Below are positions 26,053 through 38,723 of a stretch of DNA of 54,886 nucleotides, in pieces (positions within the stretch are counted from its first letter, which is position 1; each line of letters opens with the position of its first letter). The notes below the pieces were generated by a model, which saw nothing but the letters and a program-made list of their open reading frames with translations, ran no database searches and was not told the origin of the DNA. Source of the DNA: Macrostomum lignano. Its lineage: Eukaryota. A program made the translations under genes and the position numbers. Location: positions 1-54,886 of the forward strand of contig NIVC01003747.1 in the NCBI GenBank assembly GCA_002269645.1, read 5' to 3'.

Positions 26053-28501
26053 TCTCTCTATACTAAAGTTGACGCGTTGTTTGTCTGTCTTCTTCTTTCT
26101 TCTCTATACTAAAGTTGACGCGTTGTTTGTCTGTCTGTCTGTCTGTCATTTCGACAACTCCTCCTTGAATAGTGGCAACTCAGCGTTGAAACTTATATGG
26201 GAAGATTGGAAATAATCCGAGGTCGGCTATAGGCTATTTTAATTCTGAAATTTTAATTTCTTAGATCCTCAAAAAAGCAGAAAACTTGAATCTTGACCTT
26301 TGATAATCTTAATTGTCCCCTCTTTCTGCTTGGAGCTGAAAAAATGCATGAATTTTTAGTGATTGCGCCACAACTTTTCCCTATCTCTGTAGTGTATTTT
26401 CTTTCCTGTGGGGGGTGGGAGCGTTCTCAGTGGCTGCGTGTGTACACTTGGACCCTGGCTCACTGGCTGACTGTATAGATAATTGCGCAATGATATGGCT
26501 ACTGATAAGTTTTCCTGCCTTTCAATGGGCAGCCCTGTGTATTTGTTGGACATTGAAATTCAAGGCATCAACTTGCAAGCAGGCAGTCAACGTACACTCG
26601 ATACTTCAATGCTATAAATCAGACAGTTTTAAACGCTAACTGTTCTTCGAGTTTTAAACTTTGATAGGAGAAACTGATATTGCTGGAAAGATCTTGCAAC
26701 GCTGAGTTCGGGGATATAAGTTGTTTGCTTTAAATATAAAAAGAAAAAGCACAGCATTGAAAAAACTATTTCCATGCTTTTAACTTTCTGCAAAAATTGT
26801 GCTCAGTTTTGCGAGACGTAATAGATAAAGTTGGGGGGGAGGGTTCAACTTCTCACTGCTGCTGTGTATTGGAGGGTTGATTTAGATTGCGCAATGTTTT
26901 TGTTAACTTTAACTGAGACTGATACTGACTGACTGTGAAATCGGTTGCACCATCAATTTGTTTTATTATCTGTGCCTTTCAATACGCTGCCCTGTGTAAT
27001 AGCCGGCCTGTGTAATGAATGAATCAACTTGCGAGCCTCTTTGGCAGGCAGTGAACGTACACTCGATATTTTAATGCTTTAAAACGGAAACTTTCAAACG
27101 CTAACTGCTCTTCGAGTTCTAAACTTTAAGAGAAGAGACTTATACTGCTGAAAAGATCTTGCAACGCTTAGTTCGAGGATATAAATTGTTAGCTTTCAAT
27201 ATAAAGACTAAAAGAGCAGCATCAAAAAAACTATTTCCATACTTTTAGCTTTATGCAAAGATTGTACTCATTTTTTGGTTCAATGCCCCCAACAGATGGG
27301 GGTTCAATTTCTAACTGCCACAGCGTATTGAAAAGGGGTCGGTCTCTGTGTACTGGAGGGTTGATTTAGATTGCGCAATGTTTTTGTTAACTTTAACTGA
27401 GGCTGATACTGACTGACTGTGAAATCGGTTGCGCAATGAATTGATTCAATTAGTTCAATAATTTTATCAGTGCCTTTTAACACGAAGCTGTGCGTAGTTC
27501 TAACCCAAACCCTAACCCTAACCCTAACCAATGAATCCGGAGAGTTGAGTTGTTTGACGGAAAAAATTCGATTGAGTCCAGTTTAGCGGAGACGATTTCA
27601 ATGTTTTAATTTTGACGGAGAGGATTTCTGTTTCGTGGAGAGGATTTCGATGGTGTTCAGTTTCACGGAGAGGATTTCTGTTTCGCAGAGATAATTTATG
27701 ACTGATTTCTGTTTTATGGAGACGATTTTGATGGATTTAAGTTTCAAGGAGAGGATTTCGAAGGAGTCCAGTTTCACGGAGAGGATTTCGATGGTTTTCA
27801 GTTGCACCGACAGGATTTTTCTGCTTCGCGGAGAGCATTTGGCATCTTCAATCAGTCAGAGAAAAGAGTAAAGAGAAGAATGAAAAGAGAAGAGAGATGA
27901 GATGATAGAAAACAGAGCAGAAATGAGTGGAGAGATTAGACCTGACAGATAGGAGAGAAGAGGGGAGTAAGGCGGGAACGAAGTAGAGAGAAGAGAAGAG
28001 GAGAGAGGAGATGAGAGGGGAGATATGAGATAGCAGAGGGAGACAAGAGAGATGATAGGAGAGAGAATAGAGATGTGAGATAAGAGCGTACAGAGGAAAT
28101 AGAAGAGAGGGAGAGTAGAAGGGAAAGAAAGAGTCAGATGAGGGATGAGAGATGAGAGAGGAGGGGAGAGAGAAGAGAGGAAAAAAGAGGGGAGAAATGA
28201 GACAAGAGAGAGTAGAGACGAAAGACCAGGGAGAAGATATAAATAAGGTAGTAGAGATGAGAGGAGAGAGAGGAGAGAGAAGAGAGTCACGATCACGATA
28301 ATAGCGAACAGAGGAGAGAGGAGATATGAGAGACGTGAGAGTCTTTGAGCTATGTTCTTTGAAAGGTTTTGTAAAGAATTTGGAGACGATTTGGAAGATA
28401 GGGTTCAAGACATGAAATTTCAGTTGATGGATATTTCAGGGAATGGAATTCCGGTGATGGGAGTTCTTCCCCTTTCTCCTCCGAAGGAGGAGTTCCACTC
28501 G
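26053..28501 (+). mobile_element. Helitron unit U7 (type B, doubled 5' end)
   Basis: Near-identical to U6, offset about 2448 bp; ORF-track peptides repeat at that period. Confidence 0.88.
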
Positions 28502-30929
28502 TCTCTCTATACTAAAGTTGACGCGTTGTTCTTCTGTCTGTCTGTCTGTCATTTCGACAACTCCTCCTTGAATAGTGGCAACTCAGCGTTGAAACTTATA
28601 TGGGAAGATTGGAAATAATCCGAGGTCGGCTATAGGCTATTTTAATTCAGAAATTTTAATTTCTTAGATCCTCAAAAAAGCAGAAAACTTGAATCTTGAC
28701 CTTTGATAATCTTAATTGTCCCCTCTTTCTGCTTGGAGCTGAAAAAATGCATGAATTTTTAGTGATTGCGCCACAACTTTTCCCTATCTCTGTAGTGTAT
28801 TTTCTTTCCTGTGGGGGTGGGAGCGTTCTCAGTGGCTGCGTGTGTACACTTGGACCCTGGCTCACTGGCTGACTGTATAGATAATTGCGCAATGATATGG
28901 CTACTGATAAGTTTTCCTGCCTTTCAATGGGCAGCCCTGTGTATTTGTTGGACATTGAAATTCAAGGCATCAACTTGCAAGCAGGCAGTCAACGTACACT
29001 CGATACTTCAATGCTATAAATCAGACAGTTTTAAACGCTAACTGTTCTTCGAGTTTTAAACTTTGATAGGAGAAACTGATATTGCTGGAAAGATCTTGCA
29101 ACGCTGAGTTCGGGGATATAAGTTGTTTGCTTTAAATATGAAAAGAAAAAGCACAGCATTTGAAAAAGTATTTCCATACTTTTAACTTTCTGCAAAAATT
29201 GTACTCAGTTTTGCGAGACGTAATAGACAAAGTTGGGGGAGGGTTCAACTTCTCACTGCTGCTGTGTATTGGAGGGTTGATTTAGATTGCGCAATGTTTT
29301 TAATAACTTTAACTGAGACTGATACTGACTGACTGTGAAATCGGTTGCGCAATGAATTGATTCAATTATTGCAATAGTTCAATATTTTTATCAGTGCCTT
29401 TTAACACGAAGCTGTGTGTAGTTCTAACCCTAACCCTAACCCTAACCCTAACCCTAACCAATGAATCCGGAGAGTTAAGTTGTTTGACGGAAAAAAAATT
29501 GATTGAGTCCAGTTAGCGGAGACGATTTCAATGTTTTAATTTTGACGGAGAGGATTTCTGTTTCGTGGAGAGGATTTCGATGGTGTTCAGTTTCACGGAG
29601 AGTATTTCTGTTTCGCGGAGATAATTTATGATTGATTTCTGTTTTATGGAGACGATTTTAATGGATTTAAGTTTCAAGGAGAGGATTTCGATGGTTTTCA
29701 GTTGCACGGACTGCTTTGCGGAGAGGATCTTGATGAATTTGGCATCTTCAATCAGTCAGAGAAGAGAGTAAAGAGAAGAATGAAAAGAGAAGAGAGATGA
29801 GATGATAGAAAACAGAGTAGAAATGAGTGGAGAGATTAGACATGACAGATGGGAGACTTAGCTGCAGGGCTGTCCGGGGGACACAGCGGGAAGGCGCGAA
29901 CGCCCATTCCGCTAAACAGATGGGAGAGAAGAGGGGAGTAAGGCCGGAACAAAGGAGGGAGAAGAGAAAAGGAGATAGGAGATGAGAGGGGAGATATGAG
30001 ATAACAGAGGGAGACAAGAGAGATGATAGGATAGAGAATAGATGAGAGATAAGAGCGTACAGAGGAAATAGAAGAGAGGGGAAAGTAGAGGAGAAAGAAA
30101 GAGTGAGATGAAGGATGAGAGATGAGAGAGGAGGGGAGAGAGAAGAGAGGAGAAAAGAGGGGAGGAAGGAGACAGGAGAGAGTAGAGACGAGAGATCAGG
30201 GAGAAGATATAAATAAGGTAGTAGAGATGAGAGGAGAGAGAGGAGAGAGAAGCGAAAGGAGAAGAGAGAGAGGAGAGAGGAGAGATGAAAGATGTGATGA
30301 GAAGAGATGATTGAGAACATAAGAGAGAAGAGATTAGAGATTAGAGAAGAGAGGGGAGAAGATGAAAGGAGCAGGGAGAGGAGAAAAGAGAGAATGGAGA
30401 GGATAGAAAAGAGAGAAGAGAAGAGACACGGGATAGGGAAAGGAGGAAAGAAAGATGGGAGACAAGAAAGTAGAGTGTGAGAGCGTATATGAGATATGAG
30501 AAATGAGAGCAGAGAGGAGATAAAAGAGAAGAGAGAGAGGGTTAAGAGAGACGATAGATAAGTGAGTAGAGATGACATATGAGAGAGGAGAGAAGAGGGA
30601 GAGATAAGAGAGAAGAGACGGGACAAGAGACAGGAGAGGGTACAGACGAAAGACGAGGGAGAAGAGATAAATAAGGGAGTAGGGGTAGAGATGAGATGAG
30701 AGAGAGGAGAGAGAGGAGAGTCACGATAATAGCGAAGAGAGGAGAGAGGAGATATGAGAGACGTAAGAGTCTTTGAGCTATGGTCTTAGAAAGGTTTGTA
30801 AAGAATTTGGAGACGATTTGAAAGATAGGGTTCAAGACATGCAATTTCAGTTGATGGATATTTCAGGGAATGGAATTCCGGTGATGGGAGTTCTTCCCCT
30901 TTCTCCTCCGAAAGGAGGAGTTCCACTCG
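28502..30929 (+). mobile_element. Helitron unit U8 (type B)
   Basis: Type B ends; one module; long GA block at about 29760-30770. Confidence 0.88.
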
Positions 30930-32154
30930 TCTTAATACTAAAGTTGGTGCGTTGTTTGTCTGTGTGTGTGTGTGTTTGTTGGATAACTCCTCCTAGAATA
31001 CTTGCAAGTCAGCGTTGAAACTTATATGGGAAAACTGCAAATTTTCCGAGGATGGCTTTAGGCTATTTTAATCTTTCATTTTCAATTTTTAAGATCCCTA
31101 AAAAAGCAGAAAATGGCGGTCTTGACCTTTGATAATCTTAATTGTCCCCTCTTTCTGCTTGGAGCTGAAAATTTGTATCAATTTTAGTGATTGCGCCATA
31201 AAATTTTTCTATCTTGGCAGTGTATTTTCTCTCAAGTGGGGGGATGGTCGCGTTCTCAGTGGCTGCGTGTGTACACTTGAACCCTGGCTCACTGACTGAC
31301 TTTATAGACAATTGCGCAACTATTTGTGTTCTGTTTTTTAACAGGAAGCCCTGTGTATTTTTTGCACAGTGAAATTCAGTGCATTTTAATGCATAAACTT
31401 GCGAGCATCTTTAGCAGGCAGTGAACGTACACTCGATATTTCAATGCTTAAAATCAGAAAGTTTCAAACACTAACTGTTGCTCGAGTTTTGAACTTAGAG
31501 AGGAGAGACTTATATTGCTGGAAAGATCTTGCTGCAATGAGTTCGGGGATATAAGTTTTTTGCTTTAAATATGAAAATTAAATTCACAGCATTCAAGAAA
31601 AGATTTTCATACTTTTAGCTTTCTGCAAAGATTGTGCTCATTTTGGAGTTCAATGGGGGTTCGACCGACCCCCAATAGTTGGTGGGGGGGGTTCAATTTC
31701 TAGCTGCACTGCGTATTGGAAGGGGGGTCGGTTGCTGTGTATTGAGGGTTGATTTAGATTGCGCAATCTTTTTGTTAACTTTAACTGAGGCTGATACTGA
31801 CTGCCTGAGAAATAAGTTGCGCAATTTAATTGGTTCAATGTTTTTACGGCGCCTTTCAACACGCAGCTGTCAACCCTAACCCTAACCCTAACCAATGAAT
31901 TCTGAGAGCTGGGCTATTTGACGTAGAAATTTCGATTTAGTCCAGTTTCACGGAGAGGATTTCTATTTCGCGGAGAATATTTCGATGGTGTTCAGTTTCA
32001 CGGAGAGGATTTCGATAGTGTTCAGTTTCACGGAGACGATTTCTGTTGCGCGGAGAGGTGTTGGAAAATGGGATTCCGCTTATGGAGTTCAGGGAATGGA
32101 ATTCCGCTGATTGGAGTTCTTCCCCTTTCTTCTCCGAAGGAGGAGTTGGCCTCG
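30930..32154 (+). mobile_element. Helitron unit U9 (type A, short)
   Basis: 5' TCTTAATACTAAAGTTGGTGCG; 3' GGAGGAGTTGGCCTCG; no GA block. Confidence 0.88.
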
Positions 32155-33274
32155 TCCTAATACTAAAGTTGGTGCGATGTTTGTGCGTCCATTTGTTGCA
32201 TAACTCCTCCCAGACTACTTGCAAGTCAGTGTTGAAACTTATATGGGAAGACTGCAAATTGTCCGAGGATGGCTTTAGGCTATTAAATTTTTGCATTTTC
32301 ATATTTTAAGATCCCCAAAGAAGCAGAAATAGTATAACAATAGGGATTACGATCACCTTGCGCAACTCTTAATGATTACGCCACAACAGCTGGCCTATCT
32401 GTGTAGTGTATTCTTTTAACTGAGGGGGTGTAGCCGGGCCGGTTGACAATTTTTTTTAGTGATTGCGCCACAACTGTGTGCACTGTTTTTTAGCGATTGC
32501 GCTGTGTGCACTGAGCAATGGAGCAAATAGAACCCCCCCGTGTTAGGGGTGTTGAGGCGGCAGTGAAATTCAATGAATAAACGTGCGAGCCTCCCACTGT
32601 AGCAGGCAGTGAATGTACTCTTAAAAATTCAATGCTCTAAATCAGAAAAATTTAAACGTTAACTGTTCCTCGAGTTTTAAACTTTAAAGGAAGACACTTA
32701 TATTGCTGGAAAGATCTTGCAACGCTGAGTTCGGGAATATAATTTGTTTGCTTTAAATGTGAAAAGAAAAGGCGCAGCATTCGAAAGACTATTTTCATAC
32801 TTTTAACTTTTTTTAAAGATTGTGCTCATTTTTGCGAGACATAATAGATAAAGTTCGAGGGTTGAATTTCTAATTGCTCAGTGTGCTTTAGTGGGGGGGG
32901 CGGTCACTGTGTACTGGAGGGTTGATTTTGATTGCGCAATCTTTTTGTTAACTTTAACTGAGACTGATACTGACTGACTGACTGAGAAATACATTGCGCA
33001 ATCAATTGATCAATCAATTAAATCTTTTTATCGGCGCTTTTCAGCACGCAGCTGTGTGCAGCTCTAACCCTAACCCTAACCAATGAATCCTGAGTGTTGA
33101 GTTCTTTTTGACGGAGAAAATTTTGATTCAGTCCAGTTTCACGGAGAGGATTTCGATGGTGTTCAGTTTCGCGGAGCTTAGTTAAGTAATGGGATTCAGC
33201 TGATGGATTTCAGGGAATGGAACTCCGGTGATGGGAGTTCTTCCCTTTCTCCTCCATCGGAGGAGTTGGTCTCG
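32155..33274 (+). mobile_element. Helitron unit U10 (type A, short)
   Basis: 5' TCCTAATACTAAAGTTGGTGCG; 3' CTCCTCC-ATC-GGAGGAG-TTGGTCTCG. Confidence 0.88.
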
Positions 33275-34557
33275 TCCTAATACTAAAGTTGGTGCGATGA
33301 TTGTTTGTTTGTTTGTCTGTTTGTTTGTGTGTTGCATAACTCCTCCTAGAATACTTGCAAGTCAGCGTTGAAACTTATATGGGGAAACTGCAAATTTTCC
33401 GGGGACTGCAGTGGGCTATTTCAATTTTTTATTTTCACATTTTAAGATCCCTAAAAAAGCAGAAAACTGATTTCCTAACCTTCTCTGGACACTTTTTCTG
33501 CTCGGAGCCGAAAATTTGCATGATTTTGAGCGATTGCGCCACAACTTTCTCCTATCTCTGTAGTGTATTTTCTCGCCAGTGGGGGTTGGTCGCGTTCTCA
33601 GTGGCAGCGTGTGTACAAGCGGACCCCGGCTGAAAAATTGAACTGTGTGTATTTCGTGGGGTGGTGGGTAAGTAAGCGCAATTATATGGCTATTGTGCTG
33701 AGATTCAATTGGTTTTATTATCAGCGCCTTTCAATTGACTGCCCTGTGCATTGGTTAGACAGTGAAATTCAATGAATAAACTTGCGGGCCTCTTTAGCAG
33801 GCAGTGAACGTATGAACGTACACTCAATATTGCAATGCTATAAATCGGCAAATTTCAAACTCAGACTGTTGCTGGAGTTTTTAACTTTGAGAGGAGAGAC
33901 TTATATTGCTGGAAAGAACTTGCAACGCTGAGTTCGGGGATATAAATTGTTTGCTTTAAATATGAAAACTAAATGCTCTGCATTGGAAAAACTATTTCCA
34001 TACTTTTAACTTATTGCAAAGATTGTACTCATTTTAGGAGTTCAATGGTGTTCGACTGACCCCCAACAGTTGGGGGGGGTTCAATTTCTAATTGCCACTG
34101 CGTATTGGAAGGGGGTCGGTCGCTGTGTATTGGATGGAGGGTTGATTTAGATTGCGCAATATTTTTGTTAACTTTAACTGAGACTGATACTGACTGACTT
34201 AGAAATACGAGCGTAAATTGCGCAATCTTTTGATTCAATTATCTCATTTTTTATCGGACCTTTTCAACACGCAGCTCTGTGCAGCTCCAACCCTAACCCT
34301 AACCCTAACCACTGAATCCTGAGAGTTTAGTTGTTTGACGGAGAAACTTTCGATTGAGTCCAGTTTCACGGAGAGGATTTCTGTTTCGCGGAGAGGATTT
34401 CGATCGTGTTCAGTTACACAGAGAGGATTTTGATGGATTTGGAGAACAGTTAGATAATGGGATTCGGGTCTTGGGATTCAGCTGATGGAGTTCAGGGAAT
34501 GGAATTCCGGTGATGGGAGTTCTTCCCCTTTCTCCTCCATCGGAGGAGTTGGCCTCG
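33275..34557 (+). mobile_element. Helitron unit U11 (type A, short)
   Basis: Type A ends; shares AAAACTGATTTCCTAACCTTCT with the autonomous element (near 33462 and near 44330). Confidence 0.88.
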
Positions 34558-36417
34558 TATATACTAAAGTTGGTGCGATGTTTGTGTGTTTGTTTGTCTG
34601 TTGCATAACTCCTCCTAGAATACTTGCAACTCAGCGTTGAAACTTATATTGGAAAACTGCAAATTTTCCGAGGATGGCTTTAGGCTATTTTAATCTTTCA
34701 TTTTTACATTTTAAGATCCCTAAAAAAGCAGAAAACGGCGGTTTTGACCTTTGATAATCTTAATTGTACCCTCTTTCTGCTTGGAGCTGAAAATTTGCAT
34801 GAATTTTGAGCGATTGCGCCATAACTTTCTCCTATCTCTGCAGTGTATTTTCTCTCCAGTGGGGGGATGGTCGCGTTCTCAGTGGCTGCGTGTGTACAAT
34901 CGGACCCTAGCTCACTGGCTGATTGTATAGACAATTGCGCAACGATATGTGTTCTGATTTTCAATAGGCTGCCCTGTGTAGTTTTGGACAGTGAAATTCA
35001 ATGAATAAACTTGCGAGCCTCCCACTGCTGCAGGCAGTGAACGTACACTCGATATTTCAATGCTTTAAATCAGAAAATTTCAAATGCTAACTGTTGCTCG
35101 ATTTTTTAACTTTGAGAGGAGAGACTTATATTGCTGGAAAGAGTTTGTAGCGTTGAGTTCAGGGATATAGGTTTTTTGCTTTAAATATGAAAACTAAAAG
35201 CACAGCATTCAAAAACGATTTAAATACTTTTGCAAAGATTGTACTTATTTTTGCGATAGGTCAGAGATAAAGTTGGGGGGGTTCAACTTCTACTTGCCAC
35301 TGCGTATTGGAAGGGGGCGGTGGCTGTGTATTGGATGGTTGATTTAAATTGCGCAATCATTTTGCTAACTTGAACTGAGACTGATACTGGCTGACTGAGA
35401 AATCGATTGCTCAATCTGTTGCTTCAATTAGTTCAATTTTTTATTATTGGTGCCTTTCAACACGCAGCTATGTGTAGCTCTAACCCTAACCCTAACCCTA
35501 GCCACTGAATCCTGAGAGTTGAGTTCTGTTTGACAGAGAAAATTTCGATTGAGTCCAGTTTCACGGAGAGGATCTTTTTGTCTTCGGAGAGGAGTTGGAT
35601 GATGCAACTCGGGTTATGGAATTCAGCTAATGGAGTCCAGGAAATCGAATTCCGGTGATGGGAATTCTTCCGATGCGAGAGAAAAGAGAAAAGAGAACAG
35701 AGAAAAGAGATTATAGAAAAGAGAGTAGATATGAGAGAGGAGAGATTAGAGATTAGAGAAGAGAGGGGAGAAGATGAAAGGAGCAAGGAGAGGAGAGAAG
35801 AGAGAATGAAGAGGATAGAAAAGAGAGAAGAGAAGAGACGGGGATAGTGGAAAGGAGGAAAGAAAGATGGGAGACAAGAAAGTAGAGTCTGAGAGCGTAC
35901 ATGAGATATGAGAAATGAGAGCAGAGAGGAGAGAAAAGAGAAGAGAGAGGGTTAAGAGAGACGATAGATAAGTGAGTAGAGATGACATATGAGAGAGGAG
36001 AGAAGAGGGAGAGATAAGAGAGAAGAGAGGAGACAGGAGACAGAAGTGAAGAGGAGAGATATGAAAGAAGAGAGGAGACAAGAGACAGGAGAGGGTACAG
36101 ACGAAAGACGAAGGAGAAGAGATACATAAGGGAGTAGAGATGAGAGGAGAGAGAGGAGAGACTAGATATAAGATAGCAAAGAAGAGAGAGCAGAGATGAG
36201 AGACTAGAGATGGAAAGCAGATTAGAGAGAAGAGATAAGAGACTACACTGTAGAGATGAGAGGGCAAAGAGGAGAGCAAAAAGGCTTTACAGAGGATTTG
36301 GAGATGATTTGGAAGATGGGATTCAAGTCATGGAGTTTCAGCTGATTGATTTCAGGGAATGGAATTCCGGTGATGGGAGTTCTTCCCCTTTCTCCTCCGA
36401 AGGAGGAGTTCCACTCG
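34558..36417 (+). mobile_element. Helitron unit U12 (chimera: type A 5' part, type B 3' part)
   Basis: Type A 5' end, a 3' end broken at about 35671, then a GA block and a type B terminus TTCCACTCG. Confidence 0.85.
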
Positions 36418-38723
36418 TATATACTAAAGTTGACGTGTTGTTTGTCTGTCTGTCTGTCATTTCGACAACTCCTCCTTGAATAGTGGCAACTCAGCGTTGA
36501 AACTTATATGGGAAGATTGGAAATTATCCGAGGTCGGCTATAGGCTATTTTAATTCTGAAATTTTAATTTCTAAGATCCTCAAAAAAGCAGAAAACGGCG
36601 GTCTTGACCTTTGATAATCTTAATTGTCCCCTCTTTCTGCTTGGAGCTGAAAATTTGCATGAATTTCAAGTGATTGCGCCACAACTTTTCCCTATCTCTG
36701 CAGTGTATTTTCTCTCCAGTGGGGGGATGGGGCGTTCTAAATGGCTGCATGTGTACAATCGGACCCTGGCTCACCGGCTGACTGTATAGACAATTGCGCA
36801 AAGATTTGTGTTCTAATTTTCAATAGGCAGCCCTGTGTTTTGTTGAACCTTGAAATTCAATGCATAAACTTGCGGGCCTCTTTAGCAGGCAGTGAACGTA
36901 CAATTGATATTTCAATGCTTTAAATCAGAAAGTTTCAAACGCAAACTGTTGCTCGAGTTTTTAACTTTGAGAGAAAAAATTAATATTGCTGGAAAGAACT
37001 TGCAAAGCTGATTTCAGGGATGTAAATTGTTTGCTTTAAATATGAAAAGAAAAAGCACAGCATTGAAAAAACTATTTCCATACTTTTAACTTTCTGCAAA
37101 AATTGTACTCAGTTTTGCGAGACGTAATAGATAAAGTTGGGGGGAGAGTTCAACTTCTCACTGCTGCTGTGTATTGGAGGGTTGATTTAGATTGCGCAAT
37201 GTTTTTCTTAACTTTAACTGAGACTGATACTGACTGACTGAGAAATCGGTTGCGCAATCAATTGATTCAATTGGTTCAATTTTTATTTGAACACGCAGCT
37301 GTGTGTAGCTTTAACCCTAACCCTAACCCTAACAATAACCCTAACCAATGAATCCTGATATTCATTTTTTTTGACGGAGAAAATTTCGATTGAGTCCAGT
37401 TTAAAAGAGATAATTTCGATGGTTTTCAGTTTCACGGAAAGGATTTCGAAGGAGTCCAGTTTCACGGAGAGGATTTCGATGGTTTTCAGTTGCACGGACA
37501 GGATTTCTGCTTCGCGGAGAGGATCTTGATGGATTTGGCATCATCAATCAGTCAGAGAAAAGAGTAAAGAGAAGAATGAAAGCAGAAGAGAGATGAGATG
37601 ATAGAAAACAGAGTAGAAATAAGTGGAGATATTAGACATGACAGATTGGAGAGAAGAGGGGATTTAGGCGGGAACGAAGAGGGAGAGAGAAGAAAAGAGG
37701 AGAGAGGAGAGAAAATAGATTAGGGATAAGAGCGTACAGAGAAAATAGAAGAGAGGGGAGAGTAGAGGAGAAAGAAAGAGTGAGATGAGGGGATGAGGGA
37801 TGAGAGAGGAGGGGAGACAGGAGAGACAAGAAAGGAGAAAAGAGGGGAGAAAGGAGAAAGGAGAGAGTAGAGACGAAGGACCAGTTAGAAGATATAAATA
37901 CGGTAGTAGAGATGAGAGGAGAGATAGGAGAGAGAAGCGAGAGAAGAAGCGAGAGGAGAAGAGAAAGAGGAGAGAGGAGAGAGATGAAATAGATAAGAGA
38001 GTTAAGAGAGGAAAGTAGTGAGGAGAGGAGAGATGAGAGATGCGATGATAAGAGATGAGTGAGAACATAAGAGAGAAGAGAGAAGAGATTAGAGAAGAGA
38101 GGGGAGAAGATAAAAGGAGCAAGGGGAGGAGAAAAGAGAGAATGGAGAGGATAGAAAAGAGAGAAGAGAAGAGACAGGGAAAAGTGGAAAGGAGGAAAGA
38201 AAGATTGGAGACAAGTAAGTGGAGTGTGAGAGCGTATATGAGATATGAGAAATGAGAGCAGAGAGGAAAGAAAAGAGAAGAGAGAGAGGGTTAAGAGAGA
38301 CGATAGATAAGTGAATAGGGATGACATATAAAAGAGGAGAGAAGAGGGAGAGATAAGAGAGAAGAGAGAAGACAGGAGACAGAAGTGAAGAGGAGAGATA
38401 TGAGAGAAGAGAGGAGACAAGAGACAGGAGAGGGTACAGACGAAAGACGAGGGAGAAAACATAAATAAGGGAGTACGGGTAGAGATGAGATGAGAGAGAG
38501 GAGAGAGAAGAGAGTCACGATAATAGCACAGAGTGGAGAGAGTAGATATGAGAGACGTGAGAGTCTTTGAGCTATAATCTTTGAAAGGTTTTCTAAAGAA
38601 TTTGGAGACGATTTGGAAGATAGGGTTCAAGACATGGAATTTCAGTTGATGGATATTTCAGGGAATGGAATTCCGGTGATGGGAGTCCTTCCCCTTTCTC
38701 CTCCGAAGGAGGAGTTCCACTCG
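36418..38723 (+). mobile_element. Helitron unit U13 (type B)
   Basis: Type B ends; body near-identical to U15. Confidence 0.88.
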
